DNA of 64,000 nucleotides from Myxococcales bacterium (GTDB lineage Bacteria; Myxococcota; Myxococcia; Myxococcales; JAKAPL01): NCBI GenBank assembly GCA_021783235.1, contig JAJXUD010000001.1, positions 170,580 to 234,579 of the forward strand, read 5' to 3'. Shown piece by piece: positions 59,642 to 64,000 of this stretch (position 1 is its first letter; each line of letters starts with the position of its first letter). The notes under the pieces were generated by a model. It saw only the letters and a program-made list of their open reading frames with translations, ran no database searches and was not told where the DNA came from. The position numbers and the translations under genes were made by a program.

Positions 59642-60298
59642 CTAGGCGGCGATCTGGCCCACGCTTCCGGGCACGAGCAGCTTCGGCTCGGTCACCTTCT
59701 GCACGTCGGCGGGGGCGAGCCCCGGCGCGACCTCGCGCAGGACCAGCCCCTCGGCCGTCACGTCGATCAGCGCGAGGTCCGTGAGGATCGTCGAGACGCA
59801 GCGCTTGCCGGTGAGCGGCAACGAGCACTGCCGGAGGATCTTGGGCCGGCCGTCCTTCGAGCAGTGCTCCATGGTCACGAGCACCCGCTTCGCGCCCGAG
59901 ACGAGGTCCATCGCCCCGCCCATTCCCTTCACCATCTTGCCGGGGATCATCCAGTTGGCGAGGTCGCCCTGCTCGCTCACCTCCATGGCGCCCAGGATGG
60001 CGAGGTCGATGTGGCCGCCGCGGATCATCGCGAAGCTCTCGGCCGAGTTGAAGAAGGCGGTGCCGGGGATCTCGGTCACCGTCTCCTTGCCGGCGTTGAT
60101 GAGGTCCGGGTCCTCGGTCCCCTCGATCGGGTAGGCCCCGATGCCGAGCATCCCATTCTCGGACTGGAAGACGACGTCGATCCCCTTCGGGACGTAGTTC
60201 GCGACCAGGGTCGGGATCCCGATGCCGAGGTTCACGTAGAAGCCGTCGCGAAGCTCCCTCGCGGCGCGCGCGGCGATCTGCTCGCGGTTCAGTGCCAT
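59642..60298 (-). CDS. scoB: 3-oxoacid CoA-transferase subunit B
   Basis: 'VNLGIGIPT', 'QSENG', 'GMGGAMDLV'. Confidence 0.95.
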   Translation of the reverse strand: MALNREQIAARAARELRDGFYVNLGIGIPTLVANYVPKGIDVVFQSENGMLGIGAYPIEGTEDPDLINAGKETVTEIPGTAFFNSAESFAMIRGGHIDLAILGAMEVSEQGDLANWMIPGKMVKGMGGAMDLVSGAKRVLVTMEHCSKDGRPKILRQCSLPLTGKRCVSTILTDLALIDVTAEGLVLREVAPGLAPADVQKVTEPKLLVPGSVGQIAA

Positions 60299-60308
60299 CG
60301 TCGTCTCC

Positions 60309-61007
60309 TCAGGCCCGCGGCCGGACGGTTCGCTTCTCGATCCACTTCTGGTAGCCGCTCCCCCGAAAGATCCGATGCACGTAGATGGACGGCACGTGGA
60401 TCTGGTCGGGCTCGAGTTCGCCCAGCTTCACGAGCTCTTCGGCCTCGACGATCGTCACCTTCGCGGCCATGCACATCAGCGGCGAGAAGTTGCGCGCGGT
60501 CTTGCGGAAGACGAGGTTTCCCCACTCGTCCGCCTTCCAGGCCCGAACGATGGCGAAGTCGCCCGACAGCGGCCGCTCGAGGACGTACTCGCGCCCCTCG
60601 AACTGCCGCGTCTCCTTCCCCTCGGCCACCTTCGTGCCCACGCCGGTCGGGGTGTAGAAGCCGGCGATGCCCGCGCCGCCGGCCCGGATCCGCTCGGCCA
60701 AGGTCCCCTGGGGGTTCAGCTCGACCTCCAGCTCTCCGGCGAGGTACTGCCGCTCGAACTCCTTGTTCTCCCCGACGTAGGAGCTCACCATCTTTCGGAC
60801 CTGCTTCGCCTTCAGCAAGACGCCGAGGCCGAGCTCGGTCGTCCCGCAGTTGTTCGAGACGACCGTGAGGTTCTTCGTCCCCTTCTCGTGAATCGCGGCG
60901 ATGAGGTTCTCGGGGTTGCCGCAGAGGCCGAAGCCCCCCGAGAGGATCGTCGCGCCGTCCTTCAGGTCGAAGAGCGCGGCCTTCGCGTCCGCGAAGATCT
61001 TGTTCAT
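60309..61007 (-). CDS. scoA: 3-oxoacid CoA-transferase subunit A
   Basis: 'GGFGLCG.PENLI', '[15 protein letters not shown]'. Confidence 0.95.
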   Translation of the reverse strand: MNKIFADAKAALFDLKDGATILSGGFGLCGNPENLIAAIHEKGTKNLTVVSNNCGTTELGLGVLLKAKQVRKMVSSYVGENKEFERQYLAGELEVELNPQGTLAERIRAGGAGIAGFYTPTGVGTKVAEGKETRQFEGREYVLERPLSGDFAIVRAWKADEWGNLVFRKTARNFSPLMCMAAKVTIVEAEELVKLGELEPDQIHVPSIYVHRIFRGSGYQKWIEKRTVRPRA

Positions 61008-62194
61008 CGCTCCACCACCATCGCGATCCCCTCGCCGCCGCCGATGCAGAGCGAGGCGACGCCGCGCCTCTTGCCGAGATCCTTCATGGCGTACAGCAGG
61101 GTCACGAGGATGCGGGCGCCGGAGGCGCCGATGGGGTGGCCCAGGCAGACGGCGCCGCCGCGGACGTTGACGTTCGAGGGATCGAGCCCCAAGAGCGCGT
61201 TGTTCGCGAGCGCGACCACCGCGAAGGCCTCGTTGATCTCCCAGAGGTCGATGTCCTTCGTCTGGAGGCCGAGCCTCTGGAGCGTGGCCCGGATCGCGTC
61301 GTTCGGCGCGATGGTGAACTCCTCCGGCTTGCGGGCGGCGACGCCGTGCCCGACGATCCGGCCGAGGATGGTCCGCTTCTCGGCCTGGGCGCGCTCGGCG
61401 GCCATCAGGACCAGCGCGGCGGCGCCGTCGTTGATCGAGCTCGCGTTCGCGGCGGTCACCGTGCCGTCCTTCTGGAACACCGGCTTGAGCTGCGGGATCT
61501 TCTCGGGCCGCGCGTTCTTCGGCCCCTCGTCCTCCGAGACCAGCACGGGCTCGCCCTTCTTCTGCGGCACCGGGACGGGGACGATCTCGGCCGCGAACGC
61601 CCCCGAGGCCTGCGCCTTCTGGGCGCGCTCGGTGCTCATCTTCGCGAACTCGTCCTGGGCCGAGCGCGAGATCTTCTCGGTCGTGGCGCACTTCTCGGCG
61701 CAGACGCCCATGTGGACCTGGCCGTAGACGTCCCAGAGGCCGTCCCGGATCATGCCGTCGACGAGCTCGACGTTGCCCATGCGCGCGCCCTGGCGGGTGG
61801 CGTAGTCGTAGTAGGGGGCGTTCGACATGCTCTCCATGCCGCCCGCGACCACCACCTCGGCGTCGCCGAGCGCGATCGCCTGCGCCCCCGAGATCACCGC
61901 CTGCAGCCCCGATCCGCAGACCTTGTTGACGGTGACGCAGGGGACGGATTCGGCGAGGCCCGCGAAGATCGCCGCCTGGCGCGCCGGCGCCTGGCCCACG
62001 CCGCCCTGGAGGACGCAGCCCATGATCACCTGGCTCACCTCCCCGGGCTTCAGCCCCGCCCGCTCCACCGCCGCCCCGATCGCGACGGCGCCGAGCTTCG
62101 GCGCGGGGAGGGACGCGAGCGCCCCCTGAAAGGCGCCGAGCGGGGTTCGGGCGCCGGAGACGATCACGACCTCGCGAGGCTTCGAGACGGCCAT
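61004..62194 (-). CDS. Acetyl-CoA C-acetyltransferase (thiolase)
   Basis: 'NKVCGSG', 'NEAFA', 'GHPIGASG', 'LCIGGGEG'. Confidence 0.95.
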   Translation of the reverse strand: MAVSKPREVVIVSGARTPLGAFQGALASLPAPKLGAVAIGAAVERAGLKPGEVSQVIMGCVLQGGVGQAPARQAAIFAGLAESVPCVTVNKVCGSGLQAVISGAQAIALGDAEVVVAGGMESMSNAPYYDYATRQGARMGNVELVDGMIRDGLWDVYGQVHMGVCAEKCATTEKISRSAQDEFAKMSTERAQKAQASGAFAAEIVPVPVPQKKGEPVLVSEDEGPKNARPEKIPQLKPVFQKDGTVTAANASSINDGAAALVLMAAERAQAEKRTILGRIVGHGVAARKPEEFTIAPNDAIRATLQRLGLQTKDIDLWEINEAFAVVALANNALLGLDPSNVNVRGGAVCLGHPIGASGARILVTLLYAMKDLGKRRGVASLCIGGGEGIAMVVER

Positions 62195-62246
62195 GGGATC
62201 CTCCTTCGGGTTTCGGGCGGAGGCTTAACCCCCGGGGCGAGAGCGG

Positions 62247-63139
62247 TCAACCCCGCCGGCGCAGGAGCTGCTCCGCTTCGAGTGGCCCTTCCCGCTCCCG
62301 AGGCCCCGGATTCTCCTTGCCCTGACGACTTCGCCAACTTCCCTGGCCTGCGCCCTCTGCGATGTTCAGACCACGAGGACTTCTCGGATGAGACCCAGAA
62401 CCAACGCTCGTCTCGCCGGCGCCCGTGTAGACGCGCAGGATCTCCATCGAGACCTCGGAGCCCAGGAGCTCGAACATCAATCGACCGGCTCTCCGGTGGC
62501 GAGGATCGGCCAGTCGATCGACGAGGAAGCGGATGAAGCCGGGCCTGCCCGCCGCAAGCTCGAGCAGCCTCTTCCGGTCGGGCCCTGCGATAGTCGGCGC
62601 CGCCTCGCGGCCAGCCAGCGCCTCGTCCAGGAGGCGCCGCATCCAGCGGCCGTGCAGCGGCGGGATCGCGAGCTCGCGGTAGCCGAGTCGGCGAGCCCGC
62701 GCTCGAGCGAGATCCCGCGGCTGCTCCACGTCCGCGGCGATGACGACCCCGAGGCCGAGCCCTCGCAGCGAGCGGAGGTAGCCTTTGACGGCGCTGCCCA
62801 CGTCTCCCAGCCGGTCGAGCAGCAGCGAGCCTCGCCGCCGCTCCGCCGCGAGGCGCAGTGCGCCGCGCAGCTGGCGCTGCGTTCGAGCCTGCCGGCCGGC
62901 GTCCGGGTAGGCTCGTCGAAGGGCCTCGGTCACGTCCGAGAGCCTGGTCGTCTCCTTCGAGCGGCCGCAGGGCCGGCCCTCAACTCGCGCGCGGCGTTCG
63001 AGCTCCAGCAGCAGCGCGGTCTTGCCGATGCCGAGCGGCCCGTGGAGGAGGATCGTCCGTCCCTCTGCCAGTTCGGCCTCGAGCGAGGCGAGCACGTCGT
63101 CGCGGCCGACGACCTTGGGGCAGAGCGGCTCGCTCTGGA

Positions 63140-63143
<4 letters not shown>
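62247..63143 (-). CDS. P-loop ATPase
   Basis: GTG coupled to the eno stop; 'VGRDD', 'HGPLGIGKT'. Confidence 0.7.

Positions 63144-64000
<857 letters not shown>

Overview
GC-rich bacterial chromosome segment, probably Myxococcota (TIGR02266-type PilZ protein, eukaryotic-like Ser/Thr kinase, Cys-rich lipoproteins). The housekeeping backbone carries an RND efflux pair, a transglutaminase/TPR protein, SRAP, rnc-ppi-era-der-yfgM-bamB-mutT, guaA/guaB, mrp, sppA, miaB, an RNA methyltransferase, scoAB, a thiolase and a frameshifted eno. Main result: about 20.6 kb (18.9-39.5 kb) is two related ~10-kb proviruses in tandem and in opposite orientation (E1 9,773 bp, E2 10,824 bp). Each has an FtsK/HerA (A32-like) packaging ATPase, a probable double-jelly-roll capsid protein, small membrane proteins and a lytic transglycosylase, suggesting tailless Varidnaviria-like viruses. 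Neither encodes a recognisable integrase. They are bounded by three dif-like sites with an identical 6-bp spacer, implying use of host XerCD. Integration splits the putative E1 replication gene, which rejoins in frame only on the excised circle. The target lies in the 5' end of a host lipoprotein gene, for which each provirus carries a replacement in-frame start. E2 instead has a rolling-circle HUH Rep with a pC194/phiX174-like nick site and an Acb2/Tad1-like protein. All family assignments are by eye from motifs; no searches were run.
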